A stretch of DNA of 64,000 nucleotides from NCBI RefSeq assembly GCF_000006765.1, contig NC_002516.2; one strand, 5' to 3'. The position numbers and the translations under genes are program-made. Of the stretch, positions 49,168 through 58,745 are shown piece after piece. The notes beneath the pieces were generated by a model. The model saw nothing but the letters and a program-made list of their open reading frames with translations. It ran no database searches and was not told the origin of the DNA. Within the stretch, counting starts at the first letter, position 1. Each line of letters begins with the position of its first letter. The DNA comes from Pseudomonas aeruginosa PAO1. GTDB taxonomy: Bacteria > Pseudomonadota > Gammaproteobacteria > Pseudomonadales > Pseudomonadaceae.

Positions 49168-49884
49168 TCAGTCGACCGTCGCCACGCTCTCCAACCGATA
49201 TCCGTAGCCGTAGATGGTCAGCAACTGCCAACCGCGCTCGGCGGTCAGGCCAAGCTTGTTGCGCAGGCGATAGATGTGGGTATCCAGCGGCCGCGAGGAC
49301 AACACTTCCTCGTGGGGCCAGAAGCGCTCGTAGAGATATTCCCGCGACAACGGCCGTCCCAGGTTGGCGAACAGGCAGCGGGCCAGGCGGTATTCGCGTT
49401 CGGTCAGGCTGATCGGCGCGCCGGCCCGGGTCACGGTCAGCTCGGCATCGTCGAAGCTGAGGTCGTTGAAAGTCTGCACCTCATGCTGCGCGGGACGCGT
49501 TCCCCCGTGGCGACGCAGCACGGCGGCTACCCGCGCCTTCAGTTCGTTGGGCCGGAACGGCTTGCTGACATAGTCGTCGGCGCCGCTGTTCAACGCCTGC
49601 ACGATGTCCTGTTCGGCGTCACGGCTGGTCAGCATGATCGCCGGCGGCGGCGCATCCAGATGCTCGCGGCTCCAGCGCAGCAATTGCAGGCCGCTGAGGT
49701 CCGGCAACTGCCAGTCGAGGATCAGCAGGTCGAAGGTTTCCCGCTTGAGCTGCTTGAGCAGGTCCTCGCCACGGGCGAAACGGTGCACCGTCCAGGCCTG
49801 TTCGCCCTGCGCGGGTATCTGCTGCAAGGTCTGCTCGACCCGGTCCAGTTCGGCCGACTCGTCGTCCAGTATCGCGACACGCAT
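49168..49884 (-). CDS. OmpR-family response regulator
   Basis: Receiver motifs DD, LILDWQLPD, GADDY and KPF; winged-helix domain ending TIYGYGYRL. Confidence 0.95.
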   Translation of the reverse strand: MRVAILDDESAELDRVEQTLQQIPAQGEQAWTVHRFARGEDLLKQLKRETFDLLILDWQLPDLSGLQLLRWSREHLDAPPPAIMLTSRDAEQDIVQALNSGADDYVSKPFRPNELKARVAAVLRRHGGTRPAQHEVQTFNDLSFDDAELTVTRAGAPISLTEREYRLARCLFANLGRPLSREYLYERFWPHEEVLSSRPLDTHIYRLRNKLGLTAERGWQLLTIYGYGYRLESVATVD

Positions 49885-50078
49885 AAAAGCTGGTCCTGTT
49901 CAATCGGGCTAACGCCCCTTTTTCGCTCCAGGAACGGCGAATTACGTACAAATCTGAAGAATTGTGACGAATCTCTCTGGTCGCGACCAGCCCTTGATAG
50001 CCTGATTCCAAATAGCCATTAAGCGGGACGAAGAGCCCGTGAGCCAGCGCCAGCCTGACCTATCAAGGAGTCGTAGCC

Positions 50079-50348
50079 ATGGGTTTCCGGCCAGTTAGCC
50101 AACGTTTGCGTGACATCAACCTGCAGGCCCTCGGCAAGTTTTCCTGCCTTGCCCTGGTCCTCGGCCTGGAATCGGTAAGCCATCCGGCCGGCCCGGTCCA
50201 GGCCCCCTCGTTCAGCCAGGGCACCGCCAGCCCGTCCTTCGCTACTCCGCTCGGCCTCGACGGCCCGGCCCGCGCCAGGGCCGAGATGTGGAACGTCGGC
50301 CTGTCCGGCGCCGTCAGCGTGCGTGACGAGTTGCGCTGGGTGTTTTGA
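50079..50348 (+). CDS. mucE: MucE, small envelope protein that activates the AlgW protease
   Basis: 89 aa, signal-like N-terminus, C-terminal WVF tripeptide; locus matches recollection. Confidence 0.85.
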   Translation: MGFRPVSQRLRDINLQALGKFSCLALVLGLESVSHPAGPVQAPSFSQGTASPSFATPLGLDGPARARAEMWNVGLSGAVSVRDELRWVF

Positions 50349-50694
50349 ACGCGACGAATCTGAAATAGCGCGGAAGAATCTGAAGAAATATGGCAAATCT
50401 CACAGCAGACAAATCGCGCTTGGTAGATTTCCAACCGCTGAGTAGGCCAAGGAGCAAATGGATTGCTCCGACACAGGGATGTGTAAACCCGCTCCGGCGG
50501 GCCGTGGAACGAGACCACTCGAACCACAGTCAGGGGTCGGTAACGGACGATCGCCCCAGGCAACCGAGCCAATCCCCCCAGGGCTGGCTTCGACACACGG
50601 ATGTGTCATCTCCCCTTCCTTGTTCGAATCATCCCCTCCCGCTATCCGGACGCCTCGATCCGCGTCCCATCCTGGATCTGAAAAGGACCTCATC

Positions 50695-51384
50695 ATGAAG
50701 CAATACGGAGCAGAGTTCTTCGGCACCTTCTGGCTGGTATTGGGCGGCTGCGGCAGCGCAGTACTCGCTGCCGGCGTACCGGAACTGGGAATCGGCTACC
50801 TCGGCGTGGCCCTGGCGTTCGGCCTCAGCGTGCTGACCATGGCCTATGCCATCGGCCCGATCTCCGGCGCCCATCTGAACCCCGCGGTATCGGTAGGCCT
50901 GTGGGTCGGCGGGCGCTTCCCGGCCAGCCAACTGCTGCCCTATGTCGTCGCCCAGGTCCTCGGTGGCCTCGCCGCCGGCGGCGTGCTGTACCTGATCGCC
51001 AGCGGCAAGGCCGGCTTCGACCTGGCCGCCGGCTTCGCCTCCAATGGCTACGGCGAACACTCGCCGGGCGGCTACTCGTTGCAAGCCGCGCTGGTCAGCG
51101 AAGTGGTACTTACCGGCATGTTCCTGCTGATCATCCTCGGCGCCACCTCCAAGCGCGCGCCGCAGGGCTTCGCGCCGATCGCCATCGGCCTGACCCTGAC
51201 CCTGATCCACCTGATCAGCATCCCGGTCACCAACACCTCGGTGAACCCGGCGCGCAGCACCGCGGTCGCCCTGTACGTCGGCGACTGGGCGGTTTCCCAG
51301 CTGTGGCTGTTCTGGGTCGCGCCGATTCTCGGTGCGGTACTCGGCGCCCTGGCCTATCGCCTGATCGGCGACAAGAACGACTGA
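50695..51384 (+). CDS. aqpZ: Aquaporin Z
   Basis: Two NPA motifs ([12 protein letters not shown]) and [10 protein letters not shown]. Confidence 0.97.
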   Translation: MKQYGAEFFGTFWLVLGGCGSAVLAAGVPELGIGYLGVALAFGLSVLTMAYAIGPISGAHLNPAVSVGLWVGGRFPASQLLPYVVAQVLGGLAAGGVLYLIASGKAGFDLAAGFASNGYGEHSPGGYSLQAALVSEVVLTGMFLLIILGATSKRAPQGFAPIAIGLTLTLIHLISIPVTNTSVNPARSTAVALYVGDWAVSQLWLFWVAPILGAVLGALAYRLIGDKND

Positions 51385-51540
51385 ACCGAAGCGCCTGGCC
51401 CAACCGCCAGGCGCTGCGGCCGAGGAAACGACAAGGGAGCCTGCGGGCTCCCGATGTCGTTGCAAGGATTGCGAAACCGGCGCCCGATCAGGCAGATTGC
51501 AGCCTGACCGGACCGCCAGCGATACCTGACCCGCCGCCCA

Positions 51541-52551
51541 GTGAAGCCTATGACAGCCCTCGCCCTTACTTCCCGATCCCTCTTTCCGGCTTGCGCCGCC
51601 CTGGCGCTGGGCGGACTGTTGACGCTGCTCGCCGGCTCCGTCGCGGCCGCGCCGGCCAAGACGAAACGGCCGCCGTTCATCGAGCAGGGCGAAACGTGCC
51701 TGCCCCAGCCGCTCCCCGCCAGCGTGCTCTATCTCGCCGGCGACGCCTGGAAGCTCGACGCCAAGGGCAACCAGACGCCCCTGGAAGAAGGCATGGACAT
51801 CGACGAACTGGAAGGCGTCAAGACCTCTCCGACCGCCTTCGTCAGCCTGCTGCTCGGCGACGGCAGCCGCATCGTCCTGCCCTCCAGTTCGGAAGTCACC
51901 CTGCACCTCGACGAGGACACCGGCATTCCGCAGATCGCCCTGCGCGCGGGGCAGGTCGAGTCCTATGTCCTGAAGAGAAAGAGCGATCACGACCGCTTCC
52001 AGGTGCTGACCCCGGTCGGCGTACTGGGCGTGCGCGGTACCCACTTCCGCGCCCGCACCGAAGACGGCCAGGCGCTGACCGAAGTGCTCGACGGGCGCGT
52101 CGCGGTGAACCGCGAGCTGACCAGCGACGACCTGCCGCTCAACGGCAGGCGCCCGGCCCGCAAGGCGGCGCAGGCCGAGCCGGACGAGGACGTGCTGGTC
52201 GACGCCCGCCGCGGCCTGAAGGTCAAGCCGCAGGGCAAGCTGACGCCGGTGGACCTGCTACCCGCCCCGCAATTGCGCGGCCAGGGCGGCGAGCACGGCG
52301 AGTCTCCGGTTTGGAAGCTCTATCTTGCCCCGCTGCACGGCGCCAAGCGCTACCGTGCCCAGGTAGCCAGCGATCCGGACTTCCTGCGCATCCAGCAGGA
52401 GCGTTTCTCGAGCACCCCGGAAGTCAGTTTCAGCGGACTCAAGGCGGCCTTCTACCACGTCCGCCTCTCGGCCTTCGACAACGACGGACTGGAGGGCGAG
52501 ACCAGCGTATACGACATTCTCTACTACCCGCGAGGCGGCAGTGCCCGATAG
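51541..52551 (+). CDS. Periplasmic FecR-domain protein
   Basis: Signal peptide, GDGSRIVL..SSEV and TPVGVLGVRGTHF motifs, C-terminal fibronectin-III-like region. Confidence 0.8.
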   Translation: MKPMTALALTSRSLFPACAALALGGLLTLLAGSVAAAPAKTKRPPFIEQGETCLPQPLPASVLYLAGDAWKLDAKGNQTPLEEGMDIDELEGVKTSPTAFVSLLLGDGSRIVLPSSSEVTLHLDEDTGIPQIALRAGQVESYVLKRKSDHDRFQVLTPVGVLGVRGTHFRARTEDGQALTEVLDGRVAVNRELTSDDLPLNGRRPARKAAQAEPDEDVLVDARRGLKVKPQGKLTPVDLLPAPQLRGQGGEHGESPVWKLYLAPLHGAKRYRAQVASDPDFLRIQQERFSSTPEVSFSGLKAAFYHVRLSAFDNDGLEGETSVYDILYYPRGGSAR

Positions 52552-52569
52552 GGCACCGGGGCCTCGCCG

Positions 52570-54870
52570 ATGAAGGCGCTCGACCGCCAGGACGAGCCCA
52601 GCCAGGCGCAGCGGCTGTTCCGCGGCCTGGTGCGCGAATGGCTGCTGGTCAGCCTGCTGCTCCTTCCGCTCACCGCCCTGCTTTCGCTGAGCAGCGGCCT
52701 GCCGCTGAACAACCTGCTCTACGACCGCCTGCGCAACCTCGCCCCGCTGGCCGTCGATCCGCGCATCCTCGTCGTCGCCATCGACGACCGTAGCCTGGAA
52801 AGCCTCGGTCGCTGGCCCTGGCCGCGCAGCGTCCACGCCGAGCTGCTGGATCGCCTGGCCGCCGCCGGCGCACGCAGCGTACTGCTCGACGTGATCTTCA
52901 GCGAACCCTCCTCCAATCCGGACAGCGACCGCCAGTTGGCAAGATCGCTGTGCCGGGCCGGCAACGTCCTCCTGCCACTGCTGCGCGAAAGCGTGCCGCG
53001 CTACGGCGAACCGCCACGGGAGATACCGCCGACCGCGCCGCTGGCCGGCTGCGCCGCCGGCATCGGGCATATCAACGTCGAAGCGGACAGCGACGGCACG
53101 GTGCGCAGCGTCTACCTGCGCGAAGGACCGCTCGGCCAGCCGCGCCCGCTGCTCGCCTGGCAAGCATTCGCCGATGCCGGCGCCATGCCCATGCCCGGCC
53201 TCGACGACATGCGCAACCTGCCCGGCTGGCAGCGTGACCACGCCATCCGCATTCCCTTCATCGGTGCCGACGCGGGCTTCCCCAGCGTGCCCTACGTCAG
53301 CGTGTTGCGCGGCGAGGTGCCAGACAGCCTGCTGCGCGACCGCCTGGTCCTGGTCGGCGCCACCGCGCCGGGCCTCGGCGACCGCTATGTCACCCCGCTG
53401 TCGGCCAGCCTCGGCACCACGCCGGGGGTGGAGATCCAGGCCAACATTCTCAACGGCCTGTTGCAGCAGCGCACCGCCGTCGACCTGCAACCCTGGCTCG
53501 CCGCCCTGCTCTCCGCCGCCAGCGTAGCGCTGCTGCTCGGCCTGATGCTGTTCCGCTCGCGCCACGCCTTGCTCCTCACCCTGGCCTGCGCGGCCCTGGC
53601 CCTGGGTCTTTCCTGGGCGCTGCTGCTCAACGGCTGGTGGTGGTCGCCGCTGGCCAGCCTGGTCGGCCTGCTGCTGGCCTACCTGATCTGGAGCTGGCGC
53701 CGGCTGAACGCGGTGCTCGCCTACTTCGGCTGGGAACTGGCGCGCCTCGACCGCGAGCCCAAGGTGCTGCCCGAGCGGGCCAGCCCCCCGCGCGCCGGCA
53801 ACGATCCATTGCAGAACCGCATCGCCGCCCTGGAGCAGGCGGTCAGCCGCACCCGCGACAGCCGGCGGTTCATGGCCGACGGCCTGGAAGGCCTGCCGGT
53901 GGCGACCCTGATCTGCGACCCGCAGGGGCAGATCCTGCTGGCCAACCGCAAGGCACGCGACCTGTTCGGCGGCGAGCTGCGCGGCGCCGAACTGCGCCAG
54001 CGCCTGGCCGAACTCGGCCATCCGAGCCTCGCCGGTGGCGCCCGCCCAACGCTGGAAACCCTGGAAGCCATCGAGTTCCGCGACCACCGGGAACGCGACC
54101 TGCGCCTCGACCTGGCGCGCCTGCTGCCGGTCGAAAGCGAAACCGCCATCGGCTGGCTGGTGAGCCTGATCGACCTGAGCGCCGAACGCGATGCCGAGCG
54201 CCAGCGCGCCACCCTCCTGCGCTTCCTCTCCCATGACCTGCGCGCGCCGCACTCGGCGATCCTCGCCCTGCTCGACGTCCGCCCCGCCGAGGACGAAGCC
54301 GGCCAGCAGGTCTACCGACAGATAGAGCAGCAGGTCCGTCGCGCCCTGGGCCTGACCGACGCCTTCGTGCAACTGGCCAAGGCCGAATCCGACGCCTACC
54401 GCTTCGAAGCGTGCATGTTCACCATGTTGGCGATGGACGCCGCCGACCAGCTCTGGCCCCTCGCGCAACAGAAAGACATCGACCTGCGGCGCGACTGGGA
54501 CGACGAGCAGGAACCGATGGTCTGGGCCGACCCCGGCCTGCTCACGCGCGCGCTGTTCAACCTGCTGGAGAATGCGGTCAAGTACAGCCCGGCGGGGACC
54601 GTCGTCAGCCTGAGCATCCGCCTCGAAGGCGACTGGCTGAGCTGCCGGATCGTCGACCAGGGCAAAGGTATCGCGGCCGCCGAACTACCGCGCCTGTTCA
54701 GCCAGTACCAGCGCTTCGCTTCCGCCGAGGGCAGCGCCGGCCTGGGCCTGGGGCTGGCCATGGTCAAGACGGTGATCGACCGGCACGGCGGCAGGATCGG
54801 TTGCCAGAGCCAGGTTGGCCAGGGCACCACTTTCGAGATTCGCCTTCCGCTGCTGAAAGGCGAGGAATAA
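52570..54870 (+). CDS. CHASE2-PAS sensor histidine kinase
   Basis: CHASE2 (AIDD.SL..LGRWPWPR), H-box SHDLRAP, N-box NLLENAVKYS and G-boxes DQGKGI / GLGLGL. Confidence 0.93.
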   Translation: MKALDRQDEPSQAQRLFRGLVREWLLVSLLLLPLTALLSLSSGLPLNNLLYDRLRNLAPLAVDPRILVVAIDDRSLESLGRWPWPRSVHAELLDRLAAAGARSVLLDVIFSEPSSNPDSDRQLARSLCRAGNVLLPLLRESVPRYGEPPREIPPTAPLAGCAAGIGHINVEADSDGTVRSVYLREGPLGQPRPLLAWQAFADAGAMPMPGLDDMRNLPGWQRDHAIRIPFIGADAGFPSVPYVSVLRGEVPDSLLRDRLVLVGATAPGLGDRYVTPLSASLGTTPGVEIQANILNGLLQQRTAVDLQPWLAALLSAASVALLLGLMLFRSRHALLLTLACAALALGLSWALLLNGWWWSPLASLVGLLLAYLIWSWRRLNAVLAYFGWELARLDREPKVLPERASPPRAGNDPLQNRIAALEQAVSRTRDSRRFMADGLEGLPVATLICDPQGQILLANRKARDLFGGELRGAELRQRLAELGHPSLAGGARPTLETLEAIEFRDHRERDLRLDLARLLPVESETAIGWLVSLIDLSAERDAERQRATLLRFLSHDLRAPHSAILALLDVRPAEDEAGQQVYRQIEQQVRRALGLTDAFVQLAKAESDAYRFEACMFTMLAMDAADQLWPLAQQKDIDLRRDWDDEQEPMVWADPGLLTRALFNLLENAVKYSPAGTVVSLSIRLEGDWLSCRIVDQGKGIAAAELPRLFSQYQRFASAEGSAGLGLGLAMVKTVIDRHGGRIGCQSQVGQGTTFEIRLPLLKGEE

Positions 54871-55274
54871 CCGCTACTGGCGGAAGTCGGGTCTTCCTCC
54901 AACTTGCATTGGTCTCGAAGTTCGGAAGATCCAGGCGGCCGGGCTATTCCGCTTCCCGTCTATCGAAACGGCAACTGCCTTCCCTCGTGAAACTCCGCAG
55001 GGGGAATCGACGCGTCCCCAACATAGGCACCAGCGAGCGCGACATGGCCGCGTTCCCACAGCGGAACCAAGGCGCTGCGCCAGCTACAGGGCTGCCCTGG
55101 AAGTCTCGATAACTTCCATCTTTTAACGAGAGTTCGTAGGAAGTTTCCCAACAATATAAGTAACTAATCTTAAAAAGAGCCCACTGGAAAAACCAGCCAA
55201 TAACTCCCGGTAATCTACCGCGCTCATGCGATCCCCTACGCATATCAGCAAACGGCTCAACTTCCAGTGAAACC

Positions 55275-56201
55275 ATGATCGACATAGACAGACTGAGCAA
55301 ACGCTTTTCCGGCCGGACGGTGGTAAACGACTTGAGCTTCCGCATCGACCGGGGAGAGATCGTCGGTCTCCTCGGCCCCAACGGAGCGGGCAAGTCGACC
55401 ACCCTGAAGATGCTTTCCGGCTTCCTCGCGCCGAGCGCCGGCAGCGTACGCATCTTCGGCTTCGACATGCAGGACAAGGCGCGCCAGGCACAGAAGCTGA
55501 TCGGCTACCTGCCGGAGAACGCTCCCAGCTACGGAGAAATGACGGTCGAGGGCTTTCTCGCCTTCGTCGCGTCCATCCGCGACTACAGCGGACGGGAAAA
55601 ACGTCGGCGCATCGACAGCGCCATGGACTGCATGGAGCTGCGGGATGAGCGCAGGAGCATCATCGAAACCCTGTCCAAGGGCTTCAAGCGCCGCGTCGCG
55701 CTGGCCCAGGCGATCCTCCACGATCCCGAGCTGCTCCTGCTCGACGAGCCCACCGACGGCCTCGACCCGAATCAGAAGCACCAGGTCCGGCAACTGGTGA
55801 AAAACCTCTCGGAAAGCAAGATCGTGGTGATTTCCACGCACATCCTCGAGGAAGTCTCGTTCATGTGCAGCCGCGCCCTGGTGATCAACGGCGGCCGCCT
55901 GCTGGCCGACAACACCCCAGGCGAACTCAGGACCCGCAGCCGCTACCACCATGCCGTCAGCCTCAGCATCGAAGCACCGGTAGACCCGCTGGCCATCGCC
56001 ATGCTCCCCGGCGTCGCCGGTATCGAAGGACGCCCCGACCGGGCCGGCACCCTGACCATTCTGGCCCGCCCCGGCGCGCAGATCCTTCCCGCGCTCAACC
56101 GCCTGATCCACGGCAGCGGCTGGCGGGTATCCGGGGTGCGTACCGAACACGGCCAACTGGAAGAAGTGTTCCGCCAACTGACCCGAGAACCCCCCGCATG
56201 A
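55275..56201 (+). CDS. ABC-2 transporter ATPase (GldA-like)
   Basis: GPNGAGKST, LSKGFKRR and LLLDEPTDGLD motifs. Confidence 0.92.
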   Translation: MIDIDRLSKRFSGRTVVNDLSFRIDRGEIVGLLGPNGAGKSTTLKMLSGFLAPSAGSVRIFGFDMQDKARQAQKLIGYLPENAPSYGEMTVEGFLAFVASIRDYSGREKRRRIDSAMDCMELRDERRSIIETLSKGFKRRVALAQAILHDPELLLLDEPTDGLDPNQKHQVRQLVKNLSESKIVVISTHILEEVSFMCSRALVINGGRLLADNTPGELRTRSRYHHAVSLSIEAPVDPLAIAMLPGVAGIEGRPDRAGTLTILARPGAQILPALNRLIHGSGWRVSGVRTEHGQLEEVFRQLTREPPA

Positions 56202-56932
56202 CCGCCATCGGCACCATTTTCAGACGCGAGCTGGGCAGCTACTTCGCCACGCCGCTCGCCTATGTGTTCACCCTGGTATTCCTCGTCCTCTCCGGCGTGG
56301 CCACCTTCTACCTGGGCGATTTCTTCGAGCGCGGCCAGGCCGACCTGGCGCCGTTCTTTTCCAGCCTGCCCTGGCTCTACCTCCTGCTGATCCCCGCGCT
56401 GGCCATGCGCCTGTGGGCCGAGGAGCGCAAGTCCGGCTCCATCGAGATGCTGATGACCCTGCCCGTCTCCCGCGCCACCCTGGTCACCGGCAAGTTCCTC
56501 GCGGCCTGGTTCTGCGCCGGGCTGGCGTTGCTGCTGACCTTCCCGATGCCGCTGACGGTGAACTACCTCGGCTCGCCCGACAACGGCGCGATCATCGCCG
56601 GCTACCTGGCCGGCTGGCTGCTGTCCGGCGGCTACCTGGCCATCGGATCCTGCATGTCGGCGCTGGCGAAGAACCAGATCATCGCCTTTGCCCTGACCGT
56701 TCTCGTCTGCCTGCTATTCGTCGGCGCCGGCACTCCCCACGTACAACAGGCGCTCTCCGGCTGGCTTCCGCAATGGTTGCTGGACGGCATTGCCTCGCTG
56801 AGCGTGCTGGTCCGTTTCGAGGCGCTCGGCCGGGGCGTGCTCGACGTCCGCGACCTGGCCTACTTCTGCAGCCTGATCGTCGCCTGGCTGGTCGCCACCA
56901 CCATCGTCATCGACCTGAAAAAGGCAGCGTAG
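56198..56932 (+). CDS. ABC-2 permease (GldF-like)
   Basis: RELGSYFATPLAYVF and MRLWAEERKSGSIEML motifs. Confidence 0.9.
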   Translation: MTAIGTIFRRELGSYFATPLAYVFTLVFLVLSGVATFYLGDFFERGQADLAPFFSSLPWLYLLLIPALAMRLWAEERKSGSIEMLMTLPVSRATLVTGKFLAAWFCAGLALLLTFPMPLTVNYLGSPDNGAIIAGYLAGWLLSGGYLAIGSCMSALAKNQIIAFALTVLVCLLFVGAGTPHVQQALSGWLPQWLLDGIASLSVLVRFEALGRGVLDVRDLAYFCSLIVAWLVATTIVIDLKKAA

Positions 56933-56941
56933 GAAACATCC

Positions 56942-58744
56942 ATGAAACGAACCCTGTACTCGGGCGTCGGCCTGCTGCTGGTCGGCCTGCTGTTCCTCGC
57001 TTTCAACCTGCTGTCCAGCCTGCTGCTGCGCGACCAGCAGTTCGACCTCACCCAGCAGAAGCTCTACACCTTCAGCGCCGGCACCCAGGAAGTCCTCGAC
57101 AGTCTCGACGAACCGCTCAACCTCTACCTGTTCTTTTCGAAAAGCCGCGCCAGTGACCTGCCCGCCCTGCGCAACTACGCCCGCCGCGTCGAGGAAGTGC
57201 TGGACCTCTATGCACGGCGGAGCCATGGCAATGTCCGATTGTTCGTGATCGATCCCCTGCCATTCTCCGACGACGAGGACCGTGCCGCGCGCTTCGGCCT
57301 GCAGGCGCCGCCCATCGGCCCGAATGGCGAAGCCATCTACTTTGGCCTGGCGGCCACCAACCCGACCGACGGCCTCCAGGTGATCCCGTTCTTCTCGCCG
57401 GAAGAAGAGCCGCTTCTGGAATACGATCTCAGCCGCCTGGTCCAGGCACTCGCACAGCGGGAACGCACGGTAGTCGGCCTGATGAGCTCGCTGCCGATGA
57501 CCGGGCAGGCGCCCACCGACGGGCAGCCGGGCAGCAGGCCCTGGGCGATGATGGACAAGCTCTACCAACAGTTCGACATCCGCACCCTGGGGCTCGCTTC
57601 GACGGAAATCCCCGCCGAAGTCTCGGTGTTGATGCTGGTGCACCCCAGGCAATTGTCCGAACAGACCCAATACGCCATCGACCAGTTCGTCCTGCGCGGC
57701 GGCAAGCTGCTGGCCTTCGTCGACCCTCTGAGTCTCGCCGATGCAGACGGCGGGAAAAGCTCCGACCTGGCCCCGTTGCTGCGCTCCTGGGGCGTCCAGT
57801 TGCGGCCGGATACCCTGCTGGCGGATGCCTCGTTCGCCATGATCAAGCCCAACGCCGAACGTCGCCCGGAGCGCAATCCGACCTGGCTACACCTCCCCGG
57901 CGACACGTTCCCCCACGACAACGTGCTGACCACCGGCCTGGAAAGCCTCAACCTCGCCAGCGTCGGCCTGCTCGAACCTCTCGGCGGAGCCTCGACGCGC
58001 TTCATTCCGTTGCTGCACAGCTCGGCGCACAGCATGCCGCTGTCGCTGGAACGCTTCCGCCAATCCTCGACGGAGCAGCTCAACGCCACCCTGGTCCCGA
58101 CCGGGGAACGCTACGTGCTGGCCGCCAAGGTCGAGGGGCCGGCGACGAGTGCCTTCCCTGCGGACCGCGGGAAGCAAGGCGAAGGCCTGAGCGACAGCGC
58201 GAACATCCATGTGCTGTTGGTCGCCGATACGGACCTGCTGAGCAATCCGCTCTGGCTCCAGGAACAGCCCGGCCACAACGAGCCGCAGGTATGGGCGGAC
58301 AACGACCTGTTCGTCGGCAATGCCCTCGACTACCTCTCCGGTTCGGACGCGCTGATCGACCTACGCTCGCGAGGCCATACGAAGCGCCCGTTCACCCGCG
58401 TGGAAGCGCTCCGCCGCGAGGCCGGGCTGCGCGCCCAGGAACAGCTCAACGCGCTGCAGCAAAGCCTCAACGACACCGACAGGAACCTGCGCACCTTGCA
58501 GCAATCGATGGACGCCGGCGACCAGGAGGTGACTCCGGAAATGGAAGCGACGCTGCGCCGCTTCATCGATGACAAATTGCGCATCCGCCAGCAACTGCGT
58601 CAATTGCAGTTCCAGCTGAATGCCGATGTCGAGCGCCTGGGGGAACAGGTGAAACTGGCCAATACGGTCCTGCTGCCGGCACTGCTCACCCTGTTCCTCC
58701 TGCTACATTGGAGCTGGCGCAGCATGCGCCGGAGGAGGGGCTGA
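56942..58744 (+). CDS. GldG-like ABC auxiliary periplasmic component
   Basis: DLTQQKLYTFS, EYDLSR, AIDQFVLRGG and LI.LRSRG motifs; C-terminal coiled coil and TM helix. Confidence 0.88.
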   Translation: MKRTLYSGVGLLLVGLLFLAFNLLSSLLLRDQQFDLTQQKLYTFSAGTQEVLDSLDEPLNLYLFFSKSRASDLPALRNYARRVEEVLDLYARRSHGNVRLFVIDPLPFSDDEDRAARFGLQAPPIGPNGEAIYFGLAATNPTDGLQVIPFFSPEEEPLLEYDLSRLVQALAQRERTVVGLMSSLPMTGQAPTDGQPGSRPWAMMDKLYQQFDIRTLGLASTEIPAEVSVLMLVHPRQLSEQTQYAIDQFVLRGGKLLAFVDPLSLADADGGKSSDLAPLLRSWGVQLRPDTLLADASFAMIKPNAERRPERNPTWLHLPGDTFPHDNVLTTGLESLNLASVGLLEPLGGASTRFIPLLHSSAHSMPLSLERFRQSSTEQLNATLVPTGERYVLAAKVEGPATSAFPADRGKQGEGLSDSANIHVLLVADTDLLSNPLWLQEQPGHNEPQVWADNDLFVGNALDYLSGSDALIDLRSRGHTKRPFTRVEALRREAGLRAQEQLNALQQSLNDTDRNLRTLQQSMDAGDQEVTPEMEATLRRFIDDKLRIRQQLRQLQFQLNADVERLGEQVKLANTVLLPALLTLFLLLHWSWRSMRRRRG

Positions 58745-58745
58745 C

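Noticed and set aside
49932-49957. AlgU (sigmaE) promoter upstream of mucE
   Set aside because: GAACGG...TCTGA has a poor -35 and a 15-nt spacer; not supportable from sequence alone.
55163-55178. las/rhl box (CT-N12-AG) upstream of the ABC operon
   Set aside because: Only the minimal four bases match; expected by chance.
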